Shown here in pieces: positions 14,193-26,296 of a DNA stretch of 64,000 nucleotides. Below the pieces are notes generated by a model. It searched no databases and was not told the origin of the DNA. It saw only the letters and a program-made list of their open reading frames with translations. The position numbers and the translations under genes are program-made. The stretch comes from Epiperipatus broadwayi (Eukaryota > Animalia > Onychophora). The stretch is from assembly GCA_028023455.1 (NCBI GenBank), contig JAQFVV010000001.1, forward strand, positions 21,328,001 through 21,392,000, given 5' to 3'. Positions within the stretch are counted from its first letter, which is position 1, and each line of letters opens with the position of its first letter.

Positions 14193-14381
14193 AGTTGGCA
14201 CTAGATAGGGATTTTATGCATAAGCCTTCTGGCATCCATGGATTACTCTGGCTTGCATTGAGTGGTACTATTGCATGGAGAGTTTTGCCTGTTTTAATAA
14301 TATTTTAATTTAGGCACAGAATATAGTATATGATAGCTTAAATGTTTTTAAACAATTGAGATTTAGTAATTTCTATTAGGG

Positions 14382-14422
<41 letters not shown>

Positions 14423-15240
14423 GTTGTTTTTGAATGGATCCCAATCTAATGCATAGACATCTATCCACTTGGACCTCTCCTTATCATTGTTCTAAAACTC
14501 AATAACCCTGCCAAATGAGGATAATACAATATTATAAGTGAAGAACAATTTATCTAATTGTCTGTGTGCTTAATTTCAGGTTATGATATTAGAAAGCAAT
14601 TAAAACAATAAAATAATTGTAAAATATAGAAAATCACATCTGTACTAGAATAGTTTCTGAATAAGAAACAATATATGTATAAATTATATGCATATGGCAG
14701 GAATTAAACTTCTACCACACTTTACTTAATAGAGTATTTGGTATCTCATATGAGTGACCAGCAGTTAGAAACATATCATTATACAATATGTATAAAATTA
14801 AAATAAATATATATGATAGCAATTGTTCATTCACCACACATCACTGTTTAAACAAATAAAGTAAGTTACCAGCAGTCACAAAAGGTTTTACACTCATTGC
14901 ACTAATCTGTTGCATAAGAATGAGTTCCAGGTGTAACTAGTATAACCTGAAATGATGGATTAATAGACATCCATTTTTATCAATAATATTGCCTCAAAAA
15001 AAAAAGTGCAGTTTACTCAATCTGAAAGCTATTAGATACAACCTTAATATATCTTGTCTATGCAGCACAAATAAACTTAATTCATAATTTATAAATTTAC
15101 CACTTTAACATATTATTTATATTTTAAATAAAATGGAAATAACTGATTTAATTAACATACAATTTTCAATAGAACAGTCAGAAATCATCAAACTATGCTT
15201 TAACTATGTATTATAAAATTATTACTTTATAATTATCACC

Positions 15241-17940
15241 AATTAAATTATGGCTTGCTAAAAAAAACAACACAGTAATCTCTTGCCATATATGCTCATA
15301 AACAGATTTAAACTAATAATTATTTAGTAACATATTTTTACTAGATCAGAGATAAATAAGATTAAATAGAGATTTGTCTAAAGTTCATATCTTTTGTTAC
15401 ACCATAAAAGTTCACATTCAGTCTTTTATGTATAGATTTATTTTTGCAGCATTTTTTATTAAACCATAGCTATGGTGATAGTAGGTTTAAGTCACAAATT
15501 TAAATTTATATAGAACGCTTAAGTCCTAATTTAGTCTTTGTGGTGATTGGTTTTTCCTGTAGCATTGGATATTAGATTTATTCATATAAGTTACTGCATT
15601 GTGAACACATGTTCAGGTGGCTTTTTCACATATAGACAGCATCTTTAAGGTACTTAGCAATGATCTTTCCCAGATTTCCCTCTGCCAGATTGACATAGTA
15701 GTGTAAATAATGGCTTCTCTACTCTTGCATTATAGAATTGGCAAAACAACAGAATAATTGTAATCCTCTTAATAACAGCATACAAAGAATAATGGAAGCA
15801 AAATCACAACTGAAAAATAATGGCAGAATAATAATAATCTTTAATAACAGCTGCTGAAAAATAATGGAAGCAAAATCCCTCAAATGAACTATAAGCACTT
15901 TCTATTCACTGAATTTAGTTTATCAGTAAAATTCATATTACATTGCTTGCTTTTAGAATCCTTTGAATTTTTGGCTATAGATGACTCAAGAGAATCCACT
16001 GTAGTCTGCTACTTATTTGCCCAATACCATATTTACAAGTTATCTTTGAATGGGAATAACAACCTTTTTAATTAAATCATGTCAATTATTTATCTCTTTA
16101 ATTTAACCTATCAAATTGTTTACAAGCATTTTAATTACTTTTTCCTTTTACTTTTTAAATAATATTTTATTTAACTTGATTAACAAAATAACTTTATAGT
16201 TATTATACTGTATATATTTATCTGAGCATATAAAATAGCTATATAACTTTAATTCATTAAAATTATTTAAAAACTTTTAAATGTAAAACTTCTTCATGAT
16301 TTTTAATTTATGGACATGAAATATATATATGAAAGCATATCGCCAATCTGCCAAAAAAAAAAAAAATTAAAAAAATGATTTTACTTGTTTAGTAAATTAT
16401 TTACATATATTTAAAAACTAGTATGTAAAAAAATACATAACTTATATATTCAAATTTGAATCATGATTATTAATATTTCCACAACTAATTGATTTTATCT
16501 GGTGGTTCATTTAGTTTTTTGCCATTCTAAACTGGTGGCATGCCATCAACATACCCAGACTCATATCCACCTTGATAATAGGATGTCTTTCTATAACTGC
16601 TTTAATAATCTCATGCCAATTATGTGTATTTACATATCTGGCTCCAAGTATATTTATAATTTATTATCCACAATGGTGGTATTATGCAGCAGCTGTCCCT
16701 CAGTTTTATATATTTTATCATTATTACAGGCAATACTGTGGTAATGTATTTATAAAATTTTCTAATTTGGCCATTCCACAGTCTTTGAGTTTTATCTATC
16801 ACATTGCTCAGAGTTTTACTAAATAATTATATACTCTGCTTTTCTTTTATTCCATAGAGATCAGTCCTACAAAATTTTGAAAATAGCCATTAAAACCTGA
16901 ACCCTGCCATTCTTTGTATGTCATAAACTTGATTTTTATAAATCAAAGTTTCCTATTCATTTCTAAGTTGGACTAAAATTCCTTTTCATACTCATCTTTT
17001 ATTATTTCTTTACTGTGTTCATCTAACCCTTCTTTCTGGCTATCTATAATTATACTTTTTGGTTTTATCTCTTCTCTCATGTCACTAATAACCAGGTCAC
17101 TTTTTGTGACTTCTGTCCTATCACTTTTATAATATTTTATTTTCACTAACATTTTCTTTCTCTTCTTTTGTCTATAGCTCTACTACTCATATCCTCTCTC
17201 ATTTCAACAATCTCTTCTTTAGACATCCTAATTTATTGCTTTACTTCTTTTATATTTTTATTTAGCTTTTTTTCTATTACATTTTGCATTTGATCTTCCC
17301 TATTCCTCATCTCTTGCTTTGTTTATTCCATCTTTTTCATTATTTGAAGTAGATTTTCTCTCATTTCTTGATTAAATTATGGCTTGGTAAAAAAAAAAAA
17401 CAAAGTAATCTCTTGCCATATCAGTTTATAAACAGATTTCAAACTAATAATTATTTATTACCATATTTTTACTAGATAGGAGATAAATAATGATTAACTA
17501 GAGATTTGTCTTTATTTTTGCAGCATTTTTTAAATAGCCATAGCTATGGAAATGGTAAGTTTAAGTCACAATTTAAAATTCATTTAGGATTTTTAAGTCT
17601 CAATTTAGTCTTTGTTTGAAAGCTGGTTCTTCTTGTAGCATTGGACATCAAATTTATTCATGTAGGTTATTGCATAGTGGACACACATTTGAGTGGCTTC
17701 TACACATGTAGTTGGTGTCTTGTATGAATTCAGTGATGGGTTTTCCAGATTGCCCTTTGCCAGATTGACAGAGTGAAGCAGATAATGGCTTCTTTATTCT
17801 TGCATAACAGATCTGGCAAAAGAAGAGAATAATGAAAATCTTAATAACAGCATACCAAGAATAATGAAAGTGGAATCACAACTGAAGAATAATTGCAGAA
17901 CAATAATAATTTTTCAATAACAGATAAAGAATAATAGAAT
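15241..17940 (+). repeat. local direct duplication of ~0.6 kb (15241-15875 and 17371-17940)
   Basis: AATTAAATTATGGCTTG...CTCTTGCCATAT...CCATAGCTATGG...GTAGCATTGGA...TAATAACAGCATAC occurs colinearly at both positions, and a third time within ~59590-60110. Confidence 0.75.
16500..17370 (-). pseudogene. possible degenerate LINE ORF1 remnant
   Basis: A purine-rich, coiled-coil-like minus-strand stretch is followed by Cys/His-containing fragments reminiscent of a zinc knuckle. Heavily decayed, with no intact motif. Confidence 0.25.
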
Positions 17941-18049
17941 ATAACTAACACATCAAGAGAACATATTCTAAATTCAAAACTTTTTAATAATTTGCTGTGG
18001 TGAACCGATTTTGACCTATAGAAAAGAGCACAATATATAATGAGATTTA

Positions 18050-19260
18050 AATAATTTATGAAATATGGAAAACCTTCAAGAACTAGTGGAATTATTATGT
18101 ATATTTAAAAATGCAGATAAAGAAATAAAGGTTGGCAAAGCATTGCAAAAAAAAAAAAAATTAATAGATTAATAGCAATGTTGATATATAAAAGGTGAAA
18201 AGGAAAATATTGAAAGTTACAGAACTATTAGTCTTTTGTATGTTTTAAACAAAGTATTTATAAAGATCTTAACAACTTGTTAGAAAAACATTAAACTCAA
18301 ATTGATTTTAAAAAACAAACTAAATTAAGAATATGTCATAAAGCAGAGTAAATCATATATAATTATTAAGGGAAGTTATAAATAAGACCGTTTAATATAA
18401 TTTGTAACTTTGCTTTGAATTTATAAATTGTAAAAAGTAGTTTATATACATTTGGGTCATAATTAAAATGTTATAGCCTCAAGATGTAGATTTAGGATCC
18501 TGTCAAAATTTAAAAAATACTTATCACTTTGTAGTTTGCAAATTAAAATGAAACGGTAAAGAATTAAAAATAAATGCATATTAGTAAGTCATCTATACTT
18601 TGCAAATGATATGTGATTGTTTTCACAAATAATGTTTCAAAACTTGTGAAAATGTTACAGAGAGCTATAAGATGAAATTAAAAAATTAAGTCTAAATATA
18701 AATGCTAAAAAAGCAGTCTTCAGTGACTTTTTAAAAATGGAAACAATAAAAGTTAATAATAATGAATTAGAAAAAGTTAACTAAAAAGACCTTTGTAAGA
18801 AGTTGTAAATATAAAACATAATTAATTGAACTTCTATGCAACTTGGACTAAAAATAAATATGCCTACATTTTTGAAAAGAAAGTAAAAAAATGTTTGCCA
18901 TTGTTTGATTATGGGTGTAGAACTTGGACACTTAATAGAAGAACAATATAGAAACTTCAAATTACAGAGAAAAATATGGAAAGATGTATGTTAAAATTAA
19001 CAATAAAAGACAAATGTTTAAAAACATTAGTGAAAAAACAAACAGTTATCACTACCATCATTGACCAAATTATAATGATAAAATGAAGGTTGAAATGACA
19101 TATCATTAGAAAATATGAGGATAGATGGGTAAATAAAGTCTTAAGCTGAATACCAAAAAATTATAATAGATTTTTAAAAAGATATCACATGAGTAGAAAT
19201 TGAATTAACCTTGGAGAATCCTTCATTTCGCAATGAATCAATAACAATTGAAACAGAAAT
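18050..19260 (+). pseudogene. RTE-clade LINE reverse transcriptase remnant (5'-truncated, decayed)
   Basis: KGEKENIESYRTISLLYVLNKVFIKILT (~18190-18275), FANDM resembling FADD (~18600), YGCRTWTLNRRTI*KLQITEKNMERCMLKLTIKDK (~18910-19015) and HIIRKYEDRWVNKVL (~19100-19140) are typical RTE ORF motifs. Confidence 0.8.
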
Positions 19261-19632
19261 GATTCTAAAAATAAACATTTATTTTAAAATGCTACATTAT
19301 AAAAATAAATCATTAAATCAAAATTAAATAAATTATTTTATTTATTAGATCAATAGTTATAACATTATTTTAAAATCTTATCTCAACCAATTATGATTTA
19401 AAATATTTTGAATAATTGAAATATAACTGTATTCTTAACCTTCATTTAAACATAAACAACATATTTATATAAATTATCAAATTCCTTATTGTAAAGATAT
19501 TTATTTAAATATACTTAAAACATTCGCTCCATCATACATTTTTAAAAGATATGTGTGAATAAAATAAGATGTCCACAAAAAGAAGTTGGATTATTAATTT
19601 CATGTGTTTATGTTTAATTAAAATACATATAT

Positions 19633-22384
19633 TGTACCTGTCAGAATTGTATGTTCATTTAACAAGGTTTAGAATCTAAGCAAAAGTACCCTAAATCCAC
19701 TCATGCCCGAGATACACAAGTCAGGAGCAATCATGAATTCTGCCCTATTTGCTCTTCTCTAAAACTATAACATTATAAACAACACTTCTGATGATAACAT
19801 GAAATTTTATTCATTCTGGTCCCAGAGACACAGCAAAGAAACACTAGGGTAATTAATGTAAATAAATAATATCAAATCTTGGCTCAATCAAATATCTTAT
19901 GTGAAGGGGTAATTTATAAATTTTAAATGAATTACACACAGCTAGCATTGCAAAAGAAACATGAATTATAAAATAGTATCCATCCAGAATGAGCAAAGAT
20001 AGAACAACCTAGAGATAAATGTTCATTTAAAATAATCAATTATAACTTCTAAACATTACTAACACTATTATAAATATTTAATGGAATTCAATGAGTGAGA
20101 GTCAGTAAGACACAATGCATGAGTAATTATTAAAACATAATAATTTAATAAATATAAACAATTTAATTTACATTAGAAAACATAGCACAAATTTAATGCA
20201 GTTATTACTTTGCAAATAAGCAACTGATTTGGTATGCTAATGAGTTATAGTATAATAATAAATTAATGGTATCAATGCGGTGATCATTACTTTAAGTAAT
20301 GATAAGGACATTTACAGATTCATCTCTAAAGAGAGGTTTACTCCTGATATGATAGTTAATAATTTATTGTTTATGAGCATATTTGGGCCTGTACAAATGA
20401 GGAATGGGTTAGCCTAAATTAGCTTTACTGTGACAATCCTAAAATATTTGACTAATTATAAAATGAGTGGTTTACAAACATCACTGCGCCACATCTTATA
20501 AATAATATGAGAACTACCCATAAAAGAACTCACAGTGCTAACTATAATGACAGTGTTTAAAATGGAGAAGATGTCCGTCTTGGGACTGAAAAACTTTATC
20601 ACATATATGTATCCTCTTGTATTTATCACAAGGCAGTATTCTAAAATATGAATGGTAAGGATTCCATGGTATGCCCTCCAATGTGTCACATGCATAGCCT
20701 TAATACTCTAATGTTTATCCCGAGATCGGTTCTACCAAACCTCATTCCTAGATGAGTTACGTGAAGAAAATACGGAGTTTGGATAATAAATATGATAAAG
20801 CAAAATATAAGTACTTTAAAATGCTATCGTAAGTAAGCAATGCGAATATGGCTTAAGTCTTAAATGACTAATGAAATAATTTAAGCTTAAATAAAGCAAT
20901 AATATCATATGTAATGCCATGATAAAATAATAACCCACTCAGCATCGTACGTATAACTTTAATAAATTTAGGATGTCGAATATAGAAGAGGGAAAATATT
21001 ATTTCATATTCAACAAGTCCAAGTATTTTAAACAACAATATATTATAAGCAATTTAACTCTTAATGGCGTATAAATAATAAATAGTTATTAAAATATATT
21101 AATAATCAAATTTATTTTAAGAAGATAAAATGCATTTAAATATCGATAGTGATGACAACAAAAGGTTTATCTTATGCCATAATATAATTTTTAAACCATC
21201 TGCCATTAAGCATATATTTCAAATATTTAACCGAGTGAACAGCGTTCAGTAAGAAATTTTACGTTTAACTATTTAAATATTCCAAAATATCGGAATGATG
21301 ATTGAAATAATATAAGTTTGCTAGATTAAAACATTAGCATACTAAAACTAATTTAATAAGATATATATTTAAAATAAGTTTTTCTGCATGAAATAAAATA
21401 ATTAGAGTGTGAAACTTAAAAAGCTAATGATAGATTTAAAGTACATAATTCTGTGCTTAGCGTTTCAAAGAACCAGTTTAAAAACTTAAGAGAGAAAATC
21501 ACAAATTTAATGATAATTAAGTTTATAGTCAGTTATAAAATAAATAAAAATTACATTCTGATTACAATTAAGATTTAGGAAAGAAATGAAGTGAGGATAA
21601 TTAAGAGTTCATTCTTCGGCAAAACGGATTACCTTTAGTATTTATGGCGGCCATTTAGCATAAAAACACGAAGTTTGGATGCAAAGGCAGAATCTTGACA
21701 AAATAATGGTAAACATCTTCAAATAGTTCTTCCACAGTTAAACATAACAGTTCTGAAGTAGCGATGGCATGGCAGAAGGCAGGTCAGAGGTGATTTAAGA
21801 TCAGGGAGGCAAATTCCTTTTACTCACAGTCCATTTTGTTTCCACTTTCTACACAAATACCAGAGAAAAGAGTGATTTGAACTTCTTTTGAGCATTTCTA
21901 GAACTTCTGCTCCTACTATACTTGAAATTTGGCAATATTGGAAGATGTAAACAATACGTTCCAGAAAGCATTATTTAAATGTATTTTTTAAAATTGCAAA
22001 TAACTTTAAAATATGATTTTTGGTTTGACTTGAAATGAGAATGACATTTTTAAATTGTAATAATACTTTTTAGAATTTTCTGGCATTGCTTTAGCTTTAC
22101 ATTAATTTTATTTATTTTTATATCTGTAATACATATACGCATATACACAATTATCCAAGTGAAGGGAATTTACAAGCTTGAAAATAAAATATACTTAAGC
22201 TAAAATAATAATTCAACTGGTTACACATAACCATTTCTTAAATAAACAGGGTGGAAGTTATATGCATGTGCTTAACATTCCTGGATGACCAAATAAACAT
22301 ATAAACTGGTTCAAACCCTACTTTAAAGGTATGTAATGTCATCAGACAGTGAAGTTAAATATGTACTACAGATTTACCACTTCA
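19633..22384 (-). repeat. 3' LTR (2752 bp)
   Basis: Second copy of the LTR, ending ATTCTGACAGGTACA on the minus strand and followed by the ATAT TSD. Confidence 0.92.
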
Positions 22385-22546
22385 CATTCCCGTAATTAGA
22401 GGAACAAACACAAACAAAAAAAAATTGTTAAAAAAAAAAATGATTTGTCATCAGACAGTGAAGTTAAATATGTACTACAGATTTACCACTTCACATTCCC
22501 GTAATTAGAGGAACAAACAAAAAAAAATTTGTTAAAAAAAAAAAAG
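22337..22546. repeat. 109-bp tandem duplication spanning the PPT / 3' LTR junction
   Basis: TGTCATCAGACAGTGAAG...CACTTCACATTCCCGTAATTAGAGGAACAAAC...AAAA starts at both 22337 and 22446. Confidence 0.9.
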
Positions 22547-22699
22547 ATTTTACTTATACTTTTAAAAATTGTTATTCCAAGTAGCAAAGAAACACATGGT
22601 CAACTAATAATAGCAAACTAGTCTGTCTATTCCCCACTATTATGTTTATATCTCACTTCATGAAATTCTAATCACAATATACTAATTGGGATCTCCCTA

Positions 22700-22953
22700 T
22701 TCTCTTAAGTCTTTTTGAAAATCAATGGTCTGTTCTGGTGCATTATGCCATCCTATCAATCTCAAAATACTTTTTACTATTCTTTTCCCGGGTCGGGCAG
22801 TATATACAACTTTAATTGGCATGCAGCATTATTATACTTAAGAACCTTAAGCCACACTTGATCTACACAAATTCTATGATGAGGAATATGCCCCTGCCTA
22901 ATTCTAATTTTGGCCATATGAGCTAACCTTGATCGAGCACGTTGCTGGTCACA
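22700..22953 (-). pseudogene. probable Gypsy integrase C-terminal (GPY/F-region) remnant, fused in frame to the MELT segment
   Basis: QQRARSRLAHMAKIRIRQ...DQVWLKVLKYNNAA matches the AR..L...A..R......F..GD.V.LK...LSNAA pattern of Gypsy integrase tails. LIGWHN in a shifted frame (~22760-22742) resembles G.HNV. Composition and CpG content change abruptly at ~22953. Confidence 0.45.
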
Positions 22954-24645
22954 TTTTTGATGGATACAAATACTCTTGTTCAGTAAGGATTTACAAATAT
23001 CTGTATCACTATAACTAATATTTCTAAAAATTTTAGGTTTATCTAATATTGGGTTTGTAATCATCTCCATCTCAAAAACATTATTACTACCACTAAAGAT
23101 GATATTCTTATTGGTTGCAGGATCAATATGTTCAGCAATAAATAAATTCATTTCATGAAACTTTACCTCTTCATACTTTTCAATAGTATAAATAAATGCA
23201 CGAACATTTTCTTTATCTATAGCAGTTTTGATAGATTTATTAATAGAAAACCGAACATTTTCTTTACCATAAGCAATTTTTTGAAAACACTGTCCTATAG
23301 AAACTTCATCAATACACTCTGCTATTTTCATATCAATATCTTGGAATTTAGAAAAATAATCAGATTCTTGTTTACTGATCAAAGAATGTCTATCAAATTT
23401 CTTTTCAAAATTATTAGTAACTATAACATCCATATCTTTAGTGTTTAGTAAAGTCAATTTTGAATCCACAGAGAATGAATTGTTAAAATAATTTCCTGCT
23501 TTCATTGTAGATGCTATATCCCAATTAGAATTTATATTCTTAGCATGGGGTTCACTAATATTTGAGATTAGATTTTTCTCAATCTTCCCAAAATGACAAT
23601 TCACTTCAATTTGCTTTTCAATTATGTCACCCAAACCAAGAGAATTTATTTCTATATTACTTCTATTTACTTCATCTAGAGAATCTACTTCAATGGTATT
23701 TCCACTATCATGCACCAAATAGTTCAAATCCATCTGCCTCTCATTAGCATCAACTACATTAGGCAAACAAGTAGTTATTTCCATATCACCTTTATTTAAA
23801 GAATCACTAAAATTCATCTTGTTCTGAGAATCCATTTTAGTAATATTCACAACTGAATTCTTTTCATGATTATGAGTAATATAATTTAATTTAGCTTCAT
23901 CACCAATTTTGTTAGACAAGCAAGAAGCAAATTCCATATCATTTCTGATAGAAGGATTATCTAATTTATAAAAATTACTAGTTTTCTCAGATATCAATTA
24001 ACAATGTTGAGTGTTAACAGTGTTTGAAGGAACCTTGTCATTTTCTTTATCAGAGATGATAGTTTTCTGCAGACATTTCTTGCCAGTTTTAATATTATTT
24101 ACACCAGTTGTCATTTCCATATCATTAGTTATTGAAATATTTATGTTCTTATCAACTTTGATAAAATCATTTAAATAAGTTGATATTTTTATATCATCTG
24201 TTATGGTATTTAACTTATTACACCTTCTTTTCTTAAAATTCTGAGCAGTAAAAGTAAAATAATCATTTGGCATGAGTTTTCTTTTCCTACAATCTAAACA
24301 TTGCTTTTCAGAAAATGTCTGGTTTGATAAACAGTCATGTGTTTTTTCAAACATTATATTTTTATTTGAAAACTCTTTATTAAGACTTTCAAAAGATTTT
24401 GCAGCACATTCAGATAAAAAGATGCCCGGTTCAATTTTACCCATTAAAAGAGAATCACTTTTGTGAAAGGGTAGCGTTTCATATCTGTTATCTAATGCTT
24501 GAACTTTACAATTACTTTTATCTAACTGTTTATCAATCAATACATTTTTACCACATTCATTTAACAAAGCATTACCTAAATATGGAATATCACTAGAACC
24601 ATCTTCAAATTTGTTTTCAGCATGAAAAATAATTCTATCACTATC
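22954..24645 (-). pseudogene. KNL1/Spc105-like MELT-repeat segment captured inside the LTR element (one in-frame TAA at 23998-24000)
   Basis: Intronless, Asn/Asp/Ser/Lys-rich, disordered-type frame with repeated motifs NDMEMTT (~24120), NDMEFAS (~23935), GDMEITT (~23780), QMDLN, KDMDVIVT, IDMKIAE and EMEMITN (~23065). Some are preceded by hydrophobic-Phe-Ser boxes (NKMNFS, KNIIFS). Three KEN motifs (DKEND, GKENVRF, DKENVRAF). MELT arrays with upstream hydrophobic motifs define the KNL1 N-terminal region. Confidence 0.55.
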
Positions 24646-26151
24646 CATCTTTCCAGCAATTCTAACATTAATACAAAATTTAAGCTCATTCTCTTCATTA
24701 ATTGATAAATCTTCATGCAAATCCATTGCAGAATCTAAACATCTTGTTGACTTATCATTGCTGAAAGAATTCAAAACAAATGGCTGAATTTGGTTTTCAT
24801 CAGGTACTGTGTTAGAATCAAATGAAATTTCTTCTTTTTGATAAATCTGACTAACTGTAACAAATTTATTGATGGAGGTATCAATCAAAGTTTCACAATT
24901 TGATTGATTATCTGGATTATAGAGTGGATCTATAAACTTTTCAACATTTTTAGACTGATATTCCAATAAAGAATCTCTTTGGATTTCTGTTGGAACATAC
25001 AATTTAGATGATTCCATCCTGTTTGTTTCTTCTGCCTTCAAAAGATAACTGGGATCAAGCTTTTCATCAGACAAAAAGGGATCCTGAGTAGAAATATTTT
25101 CATCACATAAAGTTATATCTTTGGGTGTTTCAACATTAATAGCATTTCTATTAGTTTCTTTAACCATATTTTCCTGATAGTTCAAATCAGTTTCACATTT
25201 TTGTGTCATAAGAGAATCCAGACCTTTCATATTTTAATCATTATTTTCAGAGTCTTTAAAATCCAGTTGTATCTTTGTCTGAGTTTCTTGAAATATGTAT
25301 TTAATCTCATTTTTAGACATCTCATATTCATATTTAGCCTTATTATCTGGCTCATAAAGATGATCACTAATTTCTCCTTGGACTACTTGGAAATCTCCTA
25401 ATTGTTTCTCATGCTTTATCATGTTCTGTTGTGGATATTCTACTTTCATCTCTTTGACAGCAAGTGATCTTTTACATAATTTTGCTCCCTCCATTCTTCC
25501 ATCTTCTGATGTCTTTCAGCTCGTTCTTCTAATAGAACCTGCACCCTCTTCTGGGATTCTTCAATTTCTTTGTCCATCCATTCTTCCATCTTCTGTTGTC
25601 TTTCATCTTGTTTTTCAGCTTCTCTCTTCCAGAATTCCTCAGCATCTTTCTTCCATTCTTCAGCTTCTTTCTTCCAGAATTCCACTTCTAACTTCCAGAA
25701 TTCTTCATCTTCTTCAGCTTCTAACTTCCAGAATTCTTCATCTTCTTCAGCTTCTAACTTCCAGAATTCTTCAGCATCTTTCTTCTGAATTCTTCAGCAT
25801 CTTTCTTCTGTTCTTCAGCTTGTTTCTTCCAGAATTCCTCATTTTTTTCTTCTGTTCTTCACCATATTTCTTTATGAGATCTTGCATCATTATATATAAC
25901 TGGTTATTGTCAATGACCTCTGGTCCCTTATTCACATCTCCCAACAAAAGCTCTGGCTCCTTGAAAGTAATTTCTGGGCTGAGAACATCCATTGAATTGG
26001 CATCCCCTAAAAAATCTTGTTCCAACTCCCCATTACTGCTTCCATTCTCATCTTCTAATTTGTTAATCTCTTCTGAATCTCCGTATCCGTATTCTTCACT
26101 ACTTATTTCATATTGTTTCATTTTACTGATATCGCTAACTCTATGACTCAT
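24646..26151 (-). pseudogene. decayed gag-like ORF with Glu/Lys/Trp coiled-coil repeats, ending at a possible protease N-terminal fragment
   Basis: It is the first ORF after the leader. QLYIMMQDLIKKYGEEQKK is followed by repeated (D/E)AEEFWK(K/L/R)E units. At least three frameshifts (A7 at 25842-25848, ~25755, ~25495) and a TAA at 25234-25236. ELKFCINVRIAGKM (~24690-24646) resembles the segment just before a retroviral-type protease D-T/S-G motif, which is missing. The gag identity is inferred from position and composition. Confidence 0.5.
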
Positions 26152-26296
26152 TATTATTTGCTATGGGTTATTTGCCTATCCCTTTTCCCCAATCGCCTCT
26201 ATACTACCATTTCCCACCATACCTACTACTTTCTTCCTGCCCTGCCCAACTTATATGATGCCTAACCACTTTATTATTTATGCCTACTCTTCTCAC

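Larger units (their letters stand above)
13440..14305. mobile_element. Penelope-like element pseudo-LTR cluster: one minus copy (~13440-13695) and two plus copies (~13696-13900, ~14050-14305)
   Basis: Three copies of one ~250-450-bp unit, one of them inverted, each carrying a hammerhead-like core. Tandem and inverted pLTRs bearing minimal hammerheads are an established feature of Penelope-like elements. No RT or GIY-YIG ORF remains here. Confidence 0.65.
12850..16450 (+). repeat. ~3.5-kb diverged dispersed repeat, copy A (interrupted by the Penelope-type cluster)
   Basis: Colinear blocks are shared with ~58150-60720: GGGCAATCCACATGTG (~13200 / ~58490), GAATGGATCCCAATCT (~14430 / ~58850), CCACACATCACTGTTTAA (~14835 / ~59180), CTCTTGCCATA (~15280 / ~59610), TGTTTACAAGCATTTTAATTACTTTT (~16115 / ~60385). 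Confidence 0.7.

Noticed and set aside
19787-19815. CTGATGA-TAACAT-GAAA hammerhead-like core in both LTRs
   Set aside because: No stem II pairing and no stem I complementarity; probably a chance match.
20456-20695. 79-aa ORF duplicated at 28988-29227
   Set aside because: Both copies lie inside the LTRs; the duplication reflects LTR identity, and the peptide has no recognisable motif.
23998-25236. Alternative genetic code (TAA read as an amino acid) as an explanation of the in-frame stops
   Set aside because: Only two instances, in an element that also has frameshifts; ordinary decay is sufficient.
25421-26146. 241-aa plus-strand Ser/Leu-rich ORF and the 72-aa ORF at 25570-25788
   Set aside because: Antisense shadows of the purine-rich gag-like repeat on the minus strand.
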